IMG/VR virus record: IMGVR_UViG_2595698902_000001
Span: 128,001-192,000 of that record
Length of the DNA stretch: 64,000 bases
Origin: a virus
Lineage: Duplodnaviria; Caudoviricetes
Strand: one strand, 5' to 3'
In this document: piece by piece, positions 35,063-44,550 of the stretch
Layout: each line of letters opens with the position of its first letter
Position numbering within the stretch: the stretch's first letter is position 1
Made by a program: the position numbers and the translations under genes
Notes under the pieces: generated by a model
Seen by the model: only the letters and a program-made list of their open reading frames with translations
What the model was told of the DNA's origin: nothing
The model's database searches: none

Positions 35063-37726
35063 ATGAAAATTCAACTAGCCACCGCAGCCGTAGCCTTACG
35101 CACTGCAATTCGCTACAGCAAAAACTGGAATAAAAACTCGCCGACCGTGCGCCTGTTGCAGTCGATGATGCCCGATGTTCCCGGCCAGAAAAAAGGTTAT
35201 CGTTATTACATCGACCTGAAACGCGATAACAAGCACTATTCGATTCCGCCTGCTGTAAGAAGCGCGGTGAAAAATGCCGGTTTTGTTATCACTGATTACC
35301 TCGCCAAGAAATGCGTAAAGGCCTCCGACAAAGAGCAGAAAAACGTATTCAACATTGGCAAGGTTATCGCCAAAGACCCGCACGCCAAAGCCGCGTTCGA
35401 CAACGATCCGCAATTGCAGAACAGTAAAACCAGCGAAATCAAAATCGTTGTTTCCTGCCACCCATACGACATTATCGGTATGTCCACTGGCCGGGACTGG
35501 GATAAACAATCCTGTATGCGACTCGACGACGGATATCGAAACGTCGGTGACGCTGGCGCCTACCACAGACATGTAGAGCACGACGTGGCCGAGGGCACAT
35601 TGGTGGCGTATGCAATTCGCGCCTCCGATACCAATATTCAAAAGCCGCTGGGCCGTTGCCTGATTAAACCTTTCCTGAATTCGGACGGGTACGAAGAGGG
35701 TGGTGAACATCACATTTTATTCCGTCGCGAAACTGCTATTTACGGAAACGGCGTGCCGGGTTTTGGTCGCGCATTAAATCTGTTTTTGCATAAACTGAAT
35801 GCCAAGGTTCCGTCCGGGTATTATGAGCGTGTACAGAGTCTGTACGATGACGGCGTAGGCGATGACCATCACCACGACGCTGACAGAGCACAAAGCGACA
35901 AAATCGCCGTGAGTGATGTTGTAGAAGATAATCGTTTGATTATCCCATACATGGATCAGATATTTGAGGAAGATGCTTCGGTGCGAGAGGCGTTAGCGCC
36001 CCTGCGAATGAAAGGTCTTGAGCTGCACGATACGGAAGTTACACATCTTGCCGGAATGTTCCGAGAAGATGATGAAGTAAAAGACGAATTGGATTATCTG
36101 ATTCGCAGCGGTCAAGCCACGACTGCGATTTACAAGCTGGCAAAAGCGTTGGACCTTACCCATAAGAATCAGCCATCTAACTATCGCGATATGTCCCGCA
36201 ACGAGCTTGTCGGCCAAGCGACGCTGAAAGACGAAAAAGCGATGGTGGAAATCCTGAATCGTTTGAATAACGAAGAGACTTCCAAATCTGATGCGGATAT
36301 GATTTATACCAGCTGGTGCAAATCCCGCCTGCCTCTGCCGTCGGCTGATCTACTGCTGAAATATCCAAAGGTTACAGTGAAGCTGGCAAGTCTCGCTAAA
36401 GCCAGTATGAACCTGCGTGCCTTCTTTGATGATGGCGACTTTGACGAATTCGCTTTTGCTTTCCGTGACCTGAATGTCGATCCGGCTTCCTACGGCGATC
36501 ACCGCCCGGAACCGGAAGATTTGCTGAATATGATGTACGCGATTGGTCACTACGAGCTGGCGCTGTGCTGCATCTACGAAGAGTACAAATGGTTGGGCGT
36601 CGTGATTTACGACACGGTAAACCACGACTACGCCGACCGCTTCGACAACCGCAAATTGTACCGCGCATTCAGCAAATTGTCCGATTCCAATATGGACGAT
36701 TACATGGATCGTATACGTGAGAAAATCTTTGAACGCATTATGGCGGGCAGCCGCCTCCAGTTCAAAGACGCAAAACCAGACGTACTGGCGCAGTATCTGA
36801 ACGATCCTGATTTGCTGCGTAACAAGGATCGGTGGGAACCTACGCACATTCATCGTTTGATTGATTTCAGCCTGCCACTAGCCATGATGCTGGACATTCC
36901 GAACGACAGTCTACTGCCTCGCGTTTTGCCTGAGTATTACAAGGCCTTGGTTGCCTACGAAGGCGAGCCGCTGGAAGTCCAATCGGTAAGCATGGAATGG
37001 GCAATGCAGCTGCTAGTTTACGCTAACAAGCTGACCAAAGAAAAACCGGATATTGCCAGCAAGATTGCCGAGTTTGAACCGCTTGATACCGCCACCCTGA
37101 TTGAGAAATATCGGGTACGTAATGCGAAGACATACAACTACGAAAAAACCCTTGCTGCTTTCTGCCTAAGTCTGAAAATCGGCCAAGCTGTAGACGGAGA
37201 ACGCCTTAGCGTGATGGACGATCCGGTCTATATGGCAACGGATTTCGATACTGCGGTTATTACCGCACCTCCGCATAAACTGGCGGAAAACATCCACACA
37301 ATTCTCAACAATCTCATTGAGCGTTCGGATATTCGTCAAATTGTGCGGATGCTGGAAACCGTATCGGAGTCCCTGAATTACCAGCCGGATTTCACGTCGC
37401 CCGACGACTACGCCAACGATAAAATGGAAGAAGAAGTCGTAGACGATTTCGACTACCATATTGTTCGTGAGCAATACGAAGAGGAAGGCCGCGATAGACT
37501 GGAAACTGAACTTGCGGCATTCAGGAAAGTTGCCGAGGCCCACGAAACCCTGCGCGAATTCGTTGGTTACGATGATTCCGAAGAAACATTGGATGTAGAT
37601 TTGCCAAACGTTTCTAAGGAAGATTTGGATCAGGCAGGCGGCGATATTTCCATGCTCATTCAAACCGTCAATGGCAACCAATACAGCATTGATGACTCGA
37701 TTATCGAAGCCGAAGGTATGCTGTAA
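35063..37726 (+). CDS. large leader-bearing protein B (MKIQLATA), 887 aa
   Basis: Same N-terminal domain; unrelated acidic helical C-terminal region. Confidence 0.8.
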   Translation: MKIQLATAAVALRTAIRYSKNWNKNSPTVRLLQSMMPDVPGQKKGYRYYIDLKRDNKHYSIPPAVRSAVKNAGFVITDYLAKKCVKASDKEQKNVFNIGKVIAKDPHAKAAFDNDPQLQNSKTSEIKIVVSCHPYDIIGMSTGRDWDKQSCMRLDDGYRNVGDAGAYHRHVEHDVAEGTLVAYAIRASDTNIQKPLGRCLIKPFLNSDGYEEGGEHHILFRRETAIYGNGVPGFGRALNLFLHKLNAKVPSGYYERVQSLYDDGVGDDHHHDADRAQSDKIAVSDVVEDNRLIIPYMDQIFEEDASVREALAPLRMKGLELHDTEVTHLAGMFREDDEVKDELDYLIRSGQATTAIYKLAKALDLTHKNQPSNYRDMSRNELVGQATLKDEKAMVEILNRLNNEETSKSDADMIYTSWCKSRLPLPSADLLLKYPKVTVKLASLAKASMNLRAFFDDGDFDEFAFAFRDLNVDPASYGDHRPEPEDLLNMMYAIGHYELALCCIYEEYKWLGVVIYDTVNHDYADRFDNRKLYRAFSKLSDSNMDDYMDRIREKIFERIMAGSRLQFKDAKPDVLAQYLNDPDLLRNKDRWEPTHIHRLIDFSLPLAMMLDIPNDSLLPRVLPEYYKALVAYEGEPLEVQSVSMEWAMQLLVYANKLTKEKPDIASKIAEFEPLDTATLIEKYRVRNAKTYNYEKTLAAFCLSLKIGQAVDGERLSVMDDPVYMATDFDTAVITAPPHKLAENIHTILNNLIERSDIRQIVRMLETVSESLNYQPDFTSPDDYANDKMEEEVVDDFDYHIVREQYEEEGRDRLETELAAFRKVAEAHETLREFVGYDDSEETLDVDLPNVSKEDLDQAGGDISMLIQTVNGNQYSIDDSIIEAEGML
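35324..35380 (+). repeat. 57-nt exact direct repeat (copy 1; copy 2 at 38070-38126)
   Basis: TCCGACAAAGAGCAGAAAAACGTATTCAACATTGGCAAGGTTATCGCCAAAGACCCG is identical in both paralogues. Confidence 0.85.
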
Positions 37727-37731
37727 AACAA

Positions 37732-37779
37732 TAATTTGATAGTAAACCAAGGGGATTTGGCGACAAGTCCCCTTTCTTT
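37732..37779 (+). terminator. TAATTT motif followed by a GCGA-loop hairpin/terminator
   Basis: AAGGGGATTTG-gcga-CAAGTCCCCTT then TCTTT. Confidence 0.65.
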
Positions 37780-37796
37780 ACATTAGGGACGCACAA

Positions 37797-40496
37797 ATGA
37801 AAATTGCGCTCGATTTTATGGGCACCGCAGCCGTTTCTATGCGTAGCGCGTTGAAGTACCGCCGCAATTGGAACAAGGAAAGCCCAACCGTAAAGCTTTT
37901 GCGCACACTGATGCCAAAAGGCTCAAAAGGTTTTCGTGTTTATTCCCCTATCGGCGCAGGTGCCCACGTTAACCATAACGTTCCCCGTGTTCCGGTCGCT
38001 GTGCGTTTAGCCGTACAGCGCGCAGGTTTCCGCATTACCGATTACCTTGCAAAGAAGTGCGTTAAACGTTCCGACAAAGAGCAGAAAAACGTATTCAACA
38101 TTGGCAAGGTTATCGCCAAAGACCCGGTGGCGAAGGCAGCATTCGACAATGACCCGCAGCTGCAAAACAGTTCGACTTCGGAATTTACGCTGGTTGTTTC
38201 GTGCCACCCATACGACATTATCGGTATGTCTACCGGTCGTGATTGGGATAACACTAGCTGTATGCGGTTAAAAGACGACCGCAAAGGCTATAGCGACGGC
38301 TTTAACTCGCGTTATCTTAATCACGATATCTCTGAGGGCACATTGGTTGCGTATGCAATTCGCTCCAATGACCAGAATATTACTGCACCACTGGGCCGGT
38401 GCCTGCTCAAGCCTTTCCTACGCACCGATGACGACGGCAAACAGCTGGTTATGTATCGTAGGGAAACCAAGATTTACGGCAACCCTGTTCCCGGTATGCC
38501 GGAAGCGTTAAGTGTATTTCTTCGCCGCCTGAATGCTGGCGTTCCGACCGGCACGTATTACATGAATTCCCTTCTGTATAACGACGGCGTGGCCGACGTG
38601 CATGAGCACGACGAAGAAAAAGAAGGCAGCAGTAAAATCGATTGGCTGCACGCCAACGAATATGAGATTTTCCGCGACCGTCCGCAAATGTTCCCAGCAT
38701 ACGTGGAATGGATGGTCAAAAACATTAAAGCTGGCGAGGCCCCGGCCAGCAGCGCGGAAACGATGATCGTCACCTTTGCCGAAAACGTTCCGGCCCGCTA
38801 CGTCAAGCAAGCGGCACGCATGATTGATGATCGCGATTTGCTGATTGCGTTTGCTGACCATATGGTGCTTTCGTCCAGTGGCTCTGACGCGAAAACCTAT
38901 AGCAAATTCTGTGCGTCCAAAACTTTCCGCAAACGCTTGGCAGCTGTTGCCGACGAAGCCTATATGCCGGAAAGCTACGCTGTCCTGTCGCACCTTTCCG
39001 CGAAGTATGCACATAAGTTCTTTGAAGAAGAGAAAAGCCGTGGGGCACTAGACGACCACCGCGATTTGGTTAATCTGGCAATGAATACCATTTATGGTTA
39101 CAACAGCCTGACCAAAACCGACATTGAATCGCTGCCGATGCTGCATTCTCTTGTTTATCACTTTGCCAATTATGTGCGCGCCGCGTCCGTTTATGGCATG
39201 ACTGATTATCAGGAAAACGCGCACAAATACCTGTCGATTCTGGCCGAGCCGCAGCCGCTGCCAATCGAAGCTTATGTGTCTTTGCTGGATTACCTCCGAG
39301 ACGATAAAGCAAACGCGCCTATCCTGTTTGCGATGCTCATGGAAGCGATCAAAAACGACAAAGCAAATCAAATTGATTTGTGCCTGACTAGCGGCTTCGA
39401 CACTAAGCTTATGGCGTCGTGCTTGTACGAACGTCGTATGCGCCGCGCCTTGCTGAATCAGCGGAAAAACCTGAGTGCAAAAGGCGCAGAAATGCTGGCC
39501 GATGGCGTTGCGCAGGTTTATACGGATAGCGACGAAGACGAAAACCACAACGCGACCAGCGCGGCCCGCGAACTGACTGCCTACATTCAGAAAAATACGT
39601 TCGATGCTGTGTCGGCAGAAAACGCCCGCACCTTGCAATACAGCGCGCCAGAACTTATTCCGTATCTGTTTGCATCCGGTGTGCAGATCGACCGTGAAAA
39701 CGTCCTGACTGTGTTGGGCAATCAAATGTTTGCGAGGGCTGCTAGAAACATGCCGCGCAACGAGTCGAACAAAAACATCCTGAAAATCGCCGATACCTTT
39801 GTGGGTATTATTTCACCAAACACGGATTTCCAACGCAGAAGGAAAGATCGTCCAGAACCGAGTGACGAATTCCCAGCCGTGGTGGACCCGGAGGTTTTGG
39901 AGCTGATTCGTAAATCGCTGAACGATTTGCCCGCCTACACTTACGACCTAGACAAATACCCGCAGTTGTACAGCACGCAATTCTACAAGGAAGAGCGCCC
40001 GAACCTTTACACTCTGTACACGTCGGGCAAGCTGCAATCTGTGCTAAAACATATGGATTCGGAAGAGTCCGTAGCACTGATGCGTGCGATTGCTAGCGAT
40101 CTTTCTGGTTTATCGCCAGTGCTCGCAACCATGCGTAACGATGATCGAATGCTGGCCGATTCCTACGCCATGACGCAGCTGATGGGCCTTATGCGTTCGG
40201 CTAGTAAATCCGAGGCGATTGATGAATCCGCAAAAACGGTGCAATCCATTGTAAACGCTGTGCGTAATCTGGAAGCGATGGTGCGTGACGTATTCCCACC
40301 AGTTGGCGCGCATATCGACCAATGGCGCAAAGTTGTTCCACAGCTGGCTGATGCGGAATATCCGTTTGCAGATATCGCCGTAAAAGACATGCTGGAAGGC
40401 GTGCAATCGTTGAAGAAACAGACACGGATTTTTGAATTGCTCGATTCCGAGCTGGCGCAATACTACCCGGACGATTGGCCGAAGGTGACTGCATGA
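37797..40496 (+). CDS. large leader-bearing protein C (MKIALDFMGTAA), 899 aa
   Basis: Same N-terminal domain; divergent C-terminal region. Confidence 0.8.
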   Translation: MKIALDFMGTAAVSMRSALKYRRNWNKESPTVKLLRTLMPKGSKGFRVYSPIGAGAHVNHNVPRVPVAVRLAVQRAGFRITDYLAKKCVKRSDKEQKNVFNIGKVIAKDPVAKAAFDNDPQLQNSSTSEFTLVVSCHPYDIIGMSTGRDWDNTSCMRLKDDRKGYSDGFNSRYLNHDISEGTLVAYAIRSNDQNITAPLGRCLLKPFLRTDDDGKQLVMYRRETKIYGNPVPGMPEALSVFLRRLNAGVPTGTYYMNSLLYNDGVADVHEHDEEKEGSSKIDWLHANEYEIFRDRPQMFPAYVEWMVKNIKAGEAPASSAETMIVTFAENVPARYVKQAARMIDDRDLLIAFADHMVLSSSGSDAKTYSKFCASKTFRKRLAAVADEAYMPESYAVLSHLSAKYAHKFFEEEKSRGALDDHRDLVNLAMNTIYGYNSLTKTDIESLPMLHSLVYHFANYVRAASVYGMTDYQENAHKYLSILAEPQPLPIEAYVSLLDYLRDDKANAPILFAMLMEAIKNDKANQIDLCLTSGFDTKLMASCLYERRMRRALLNQRKNLSAKGAEMLADGVAQVYTDSDEDENHNATSAARELTAYIQKNTFDAVSAENARTLQYSAPELIPYLFASGVQIDRENVLTVLGNQMFARAARNMPRNESNKNILKIADTFVGIISPNTDFQRRRKDRPEPSDEFPAVVDPEVLELIRKSLNDLPAYTYDLDKYPQLYSTQFYKEERPNLYTLYTSGKLQSVLKHMDSEESVALMRAIASDLSGLSPVLATMRNDDRMLADSYAMTQLMGLMRSASKSEAIDESAKTVQSIVNAVRNLEAMVRDVFPPVGAHIDQWRKVVPQLADAEYPFADIAVKDMLEGVQSLKKQTRIFELLDSELAQYYPDDWPKVTA
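38070..38126 (+). repeat. 57-nt exact direct repeat (copy 2)
   Basis: Identical to 35324-35380. Confidence 0.85.
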
Positions 40497-40921
40497 AAAT
40501 TCAATTAGCTATTGCAACCGCTAGCGACGACATGAATGCGCGGGTTAGTACCGACGTGCGGGCAGTAATTGCCAAGTCGTACAGCTCGCTATTTTCCAAT
40601 GTATTTTATCAGGTGCTGGATATTCCCGACCGCAGCAAATCGGATATCCGTCTGGTAAAAGAAATGGAAGACGACTACATTCCTGTCGTGGTGACTGTCG
40701 AAGATCAAGACCATAACAAGGTCACGTTTGTTTTCGCGGCTCACCGGATGCAGCCAATGTTGGGTAACGCAAACCCAACTAGAGGCTGGCTGTTGCACGA
40801 AAATAAAGTCGATGAATTCACGCTGGAATCGCGAGTAATCAAGGTGCGCGGCATAGCGTTTGCAATTGCCGCAATGGTTGCCCGGCGTGCCTCCCGCTTT
40901 ATCGATTTTGGCAATAACTGA
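40493..40921 (+). CDS. hypothetical protein, leader MKIQLAIA
   Basis: ATGA overlap at 40493; shared leader. Confidence 0.75.
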   Translation: MKIQLAIATASDDMNARVSTDVRAVIAKSYSSLFSNVFYQVLDIPDRSKSDIRLVKEMEDDYIPVVVTVEDQDHNKVTFVFAAHRMQPMLGNANPTRGWLLHENKVDEFTLESRVIKVRGIAFAIAAMVARRASRFIDFGNN

Positions 40922-41145
40922 TGAATATATTGCTCACCGTAGCCAAGTCCGGTTCTGCTGAGCGTTGGGACGCGTTGCCCTCTTCTGCTGAAAGATTTGA
41001 TAAGGCAAAAGAGGGCAGGGCGCTCAAAGCTAGTGGGAAAAAGAAATCGAAAAAGAAGCGCACACGTTCGGGCATAATTGACGCACCTACAACAGGTACG
41101 GAAATGCGCCAGACGGACGTTAGCTCAAGGGTAGGATTCCCCTAA
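40921..41145 (+). CDS. small basic protein, leader variant MNILLTVA
   Basis: Coupled; Lys-rich. Confidence 0.65.
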   Translation: MNILLTVAKSGSAERWDALPSSAERFDKAKEGRALKASGKKKSKKKRTRSGIIDAPTTGTEMRQTDVSSRVGFP

Positions 41146-41402
41146 TGAAACTGACAATCAAAGGTCGCGCTCGCCAAGACGACACCACGGAAAACCCCAA
41201 GCATACTGGGGTTCGTGCTGCCGATTGGGAAGACGACGACAAAATGATCAAGAACATGCCGCCCGAAAAGAAGAAATCTTTGCTGCGAAATCAGCAAGAT
41301 ATTCCGAACAAAGGCGCGACCATGCCGCACGACTACATTGAGAAAATGCACGTCTCTAAATCGAACTGGCTTAGCCGGTTAGAGCGAGGGCGTGAACGAT
41401 GA
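41145..41402 (+). CDS. hypothetical small protein
   Basis: TAATG-coupled. Confidence 0.6.
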   Translation: MKLTIKGRARQDDTTENPKHTGVRAADWEDDDKMIKNMPPEKKKSLLRNQQDIPNKGATMPHDYIEKMHVSKSNWLSRLERGRER

Positions 41403-41839
41403 AAATCATGCTTGCTGTTGCGTGCGGCCTGTGCAACGTCGAGATTCCAGAGGACGCGTTTTCTTACGTCGAACCGACTAAAGCTAAGCGCGTAAAAGGT
41501 ATCAGTGAGGACGCAGTAAAAAGCCTGCTGGACAACGAGCTGGCGCGTGCGTCTGATGCCACTTCAAAGCAGCAACACGCTGACCACAAAAAGGACGGCG
41601 CGCTGCAAAAGAAAGTGAAGACGGCACAAGATGCAAAGATGAAAAAGCAGCAAAGCTTGCGCGCTATGCAGTCACAGCTGGTTGCCCTCAACGGCAAGCG
41701 CCCAACTGATCCGAAAAAGATTCAGAATTGGACTAAACGCCGCCGCGCTTTAGCCGAAAAGATCACAGAGAAAAGAAACTCTATTCGCCTTTCCGATTCC
41801 CGTGTCGCTGGCATGAGAAAGGAAGTCCGTGAAAACTAA
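41399..41839 (+). CDS. basic coiled-coil protein, leader MKIMLAVA
   Basis: Shared leader; K/R-rich helices. Confidence 0.7.
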   Translation: MKIMLAVACGLCNVEIPEDAFSYVEPTKAKRVKGISEDAVKSLLDNELARASDATSKQQHADHKKDGALQKKVKTAQDAKMKKQQSLRAMQSQLVALNGKRPTDPKKIQNWTKRRRALAEKITEKRNSIRLSDSRVAGMRKEVREN

Positions 41840-41859
41840 CGAATTGGAGACTGTTGCTC

Positions 41860-42333
41860 ATGGCTACAGCGAGAAAACGGCGGAAACCGCCAGTAAAGAA
41901 GACTAAACCAAAAGCCGGTAAGCCTACGGCTGCAAAGAAACGTTCAGGTTCCAAAAAAGCCAAAGTTAGCCCGGTAGCATCACGGGCGCGCAAACTCGGC
42001 TTAGAATCGATGGGGTACGGTCGCTGGGGTAAGTTGGGGCGTATCACGCACCGGACTGTCGGCGGTAAACTGGTCGAAGTAAAAGACAGTAAACACAACC
42101 GTATCAAAACGAAGGAAGGTAAAGACAAAGCAAAAGGTTTGCTGTCTAAGCTGATCCTGCAATCCACGCAAAAACTGGTCAAGATTCGCATGGCGCTGAA
42201 AAAGGCCGAAGGGCGGAATGACATTGAGCAAGTCAAGCATCTGAAAGCGTTGCTTGAAAAGACAAAGAAAGACACGACCAAAGCCCGCGAGCGTGCAGCT
42301 CAAGTGCATGGCCGTACAAGAAAGGCAGCATAA
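41860..42333 (+). CDS. highly basic protein (possible DNA-binding/condensing)
   Basis: Very Lys/Arg-rich; GGAGA SD; contains 'LGLESMGYGRWGK.G.ITHR'. Confidence 0.65.
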   Translation: MATARKRRKPPVKKTKPKAGKPTAAKKRSGSKKAKVSPVASRARKLGLESMGYGRWGKLGRITHRTVGGKLVEVKDSKHNRIKTKEGKDKAKGLLSKLILQSTQKLVKIRMALKKAEGRNDIEQVKHLKALLEKTKKDTTKARERAAQVHGRTRKAA

Positions 42334-42375
42334 AAAAAGCCCCCGCATCCACAAAAGGACCGGGGGCTTTTTTAT
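42332..42375. terminator. bidirectional terminator between convergent operons
   Basis: AAAAAAAGCCCC...GGGGCTTTTTT. Confidence 0.75.
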
Positions 42376-42897
42376 TTACATTGCGTATTCCACGATATCG
42401 AACTCTTTGACGCTTGCCAGATCGGTGCGCTGCAAACGATTAACCATAATGTGATTAAACACCGCTGGAGTGACGCGCACGTCGCAGTTGAAATCACCTT
42501 TAACATGCGTGATACGAACCAAGCTTGCTTTCGGCAGTGCCTGCTGAATCAAATTCGCGCCACCGATTACCCACGCAATATCCGATTCAAAACGGCGATG
42601 GCTGCTGTGAATCAAATACTCAGCGATTTTCAACGCAGTATCAAAACTCTCAGCCAGCCAAACGTCGGCGCCTTCCTCCATGTCAATTTGCTTTGGATTA
42701 GAGCTGACAACGATATGCGGGCGACCGGGCAGCGTTTTGCAGCCCAGCGATTCCCACGTTTTACGACCGAGGATAATCGGCTTGCCGTAAGTTGCAGCCT
42801 TGAAATGCTTCAACTCTTCTGGAAAGTGCCACGGCATAGTATTGTCGCGCCCGATACCGCCTGCTTCGTCACACGCAAAAATAATTCCCAGTTTCAT
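42376..42897 (-). CDS. folA: dihydrofolate reductase
   Basis: GGIGRDNTMPWHFPEELKHFK...ILGRKTWESL...LPGR...WVIGGA. Confidence 0.95.
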   Translation of the reverse strand: MKLGIIFACDEAGGIGRDNTMPWHFPEELKHFKAATYGKPIILGRKTWESLGCKTLPGRPHIVVSSNPKQIDMEEGADVWLAESFDTALKIAEYLIHSSHRRFESDIAWVIGGANLIQQALPKASLVRITHVKGDFNCDVRVTPAVFNHIMVNRLQRTDLASVKEFDIVEYAM

Positions 42898-43175
42898 AGC
42901 AATTCCATGTTGATATGACAGACCAGAACGTCGCCAGCGTATTGACTGGCGGGCTTGCGCACGCGCACATAAACCATGCCGGATTTCAGCGGGGCACTGA
43001 CTTTCGGTTTCGTGAAATTGGAAGAAACTTCACGCTTGAAAGCTGCAATGCCTTTCTCGCTGCCACTGACTTCGACAGTGTACACCTTGGGCGCATTGCA
43101 GAACTCGGTAAGCATGGTGATTAGTGCGTCACGCGCCTTTTCTTTGGCGTTGGGCGCGTATTCAATTCCACTCAT
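42894..43175 (-). CDS. hypothetical protein
   Basis: Coupled ORF in the minus-strand operon. Confidence 0.6.
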   Translation of the reverse strand: MSGIEYAPNAKEKARDALITMLTEFCNAPKVYTVEVSGSEKGIAAFKREVSSNFTKPKVSAPLKSGMVYVRVRKPASQYAGDVLVCHINMELL

Positions 43176-43471
43176 TTTTTCGCTTTCCGTTTCGGCACGT
43201 CAATGTAGGAAGTTTCCCAGTAGCCACTGATTCGATTGTAACCAGCAGGCACGCCGTCATCCAGCACAATGCGATTTTCCAAAGTGTCAAAACCGAGCAA
43301 GGAATCGTAGAACTTTTTCTTGTCGGCGCTGACGTGTGGCGCGCAGTTGGTAATGATGATTTCCCTAACATCAGGGTCGTCGTGCGATACCAGCAAACCC
43401 TTACTCAACCACTCCGAAAAACCAAAAGGCAATGCGCGCTTTGTTTTGTCGCAGAGTAGGAAAAGTTTCAC
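43172..43471 (-). CDS. hypothetical protein
   Basis: Coupled ORF in the minus-strand operon. Confidence 0.6.
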   Translation of the reverse strand: MKLFLLCDKTKRALPFGFSEWLSKGLLVSHDDPDVREIIITNCAPHVSADKKKFYDSLLGFDTLENRIVLDDGVPAGYNRISGYWETSYIDVPKRKAKK

Positions 43472-43800
43472 TTGTAGCGCTCCAGAATTTCGTAACCGCG
43501 AATGGACATGGCAGTAATCACACGAACCGGGGCACCAGACTTGAAATCCAGACGCGGCGAGAACATGGGCAGGCCGTTGAAATAGCCGAGGTGGCCGGGC
43601 GCTTTGGAATCAGCCACAAAGTAAACGTGATCTTTCATTTCCTTCAACATACCGTTGGTGTCGGAAACCACGATAGCCTTGGCGCCCTTGAACAGCTCTT
43701 CCCACTTTTCAGCGGACGGCATTTTGTGAACTTGTGTCCACGCGTTGGTGTGCTGGTAAATCAGGTCGGAAACAACGTTTGCGTCGAGTGCATTTTGCAT
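43468..43800 (-). CDS. hypothetical protein
   Basis: GGAG SD; ACTGTAAAT motif ~140 nt upstream. Confidence 0.65.
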   Translation of the reverse strand: MQNALDANVVSDLIYQHTNAWTQVHKMPSAEKWEELFKGAKAIVVSDTNGMLKEMKDHVYFVADSKAPGHLGYFNGLPMFSPRLDFKSGAPVRVITAMSIRGYEILERYK

Positions 43801-43830
43801 GGTAATTACTCCGTTTGGTCAGTGTTGCGT

Positions 43831-44550
43831 TTAGTGTTTTGGTGCAATCCAGATTTCGCGGTGGAATGCGATTGGTTCGTCGGATTTACACAGCGCCGGA
43901 TGCAGACGGGAATCTGTGTATATCTCTACTTTACCATTTACAGTATTAAGCGTGCCGACGTAACCATTCATACTGCGCTCAGGAACGGCCTCGAAAGTAA
44001 ACATGCGACGTTCGACTTCACCGCTTACCAGTTTGGCGTCAAGGTCAGCAATAAAATCGGTGATATATTCACACGGAATGCTGATCGCTTTGACCAGCGT
44101 GAGATACGGCATCATGCCAGCCATCAGGCCATCGTAGGTCAGCGTTGCAGGCGACCACGTATAAGCGCGTTTTTCTTTCATGCCAAGGTATGGGCAACGC
44201 GACAATTCCAATTCGCGGACGTAAGCGCCTGTGAATTGACCGAACAGAACCGGGGCGCCTACTGGGTATTTGTCGGCAGAATAAATATCCGAGAAAATGT
44301 CAGTTCCCAAGTAGGTAGCCATGTAGCCGCCCGCTGTGTTTTCTGGCGTCATTTCTGCAAACTGGAAACCGTGGAATTGCCCAGCCCATTTTGCGACTAA
44401 GCCCCACTGGGTATCCGGCACCAGAACGTAGGCGGCATCGGGCGCCATGAGCCGGAATTGTTCCATAGCTTCAACGGAATCGTTCAGGAATAACGTTTTC
44501 CCGTCACGCGGCAAATCGCGGAAATTGAAACGGTCCTCAATCCTTTTCAT
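43831..44550 (-). CDS. hypothetical protein with possible internal duplication
   Basis: Two similar segments GY(M/V)(A/G)T...I(F/Y)(S/T)D. Confidence 0.65.
   Translation of the reverse strand: MKRIEDRFNFRDLPRDGKTLFLNDSVEAMEQFRLMAPDAAYVLVPDTQWGLVAKWAGQFHGFQFAEMTPENTAGGYMATYLGTDIFSDIYSADKYPVGAPVLFGQFTGAYVRELELSRCPYLGMKEKRAYTWSPATLTYDGLMAGMMPYLTLVKAISIPCEYITDFIADLDAKLVSGEVERRMFTFEAVPERSMNGYVGTLNTVNGKVEIYTDSRLHPALCKSDEPIAFHREIWIAPKH

Noticed and set aside
35324-38126. Diversity-generating retroelement template/variable repeat pair
   Set aside because: The copies are identical rather than differing at adenines, lie in N-terminal domains, and no reverse transcriptase is present in the window.
26182-41839. 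The MKIQLAVA leader as a Sec or lipoprotein signal peptide
   Set aside because: It is only ~8 residues with no hydrophobic core. Only one member has a following Cys, and the cargoes are cytoplasm-type enzymes.
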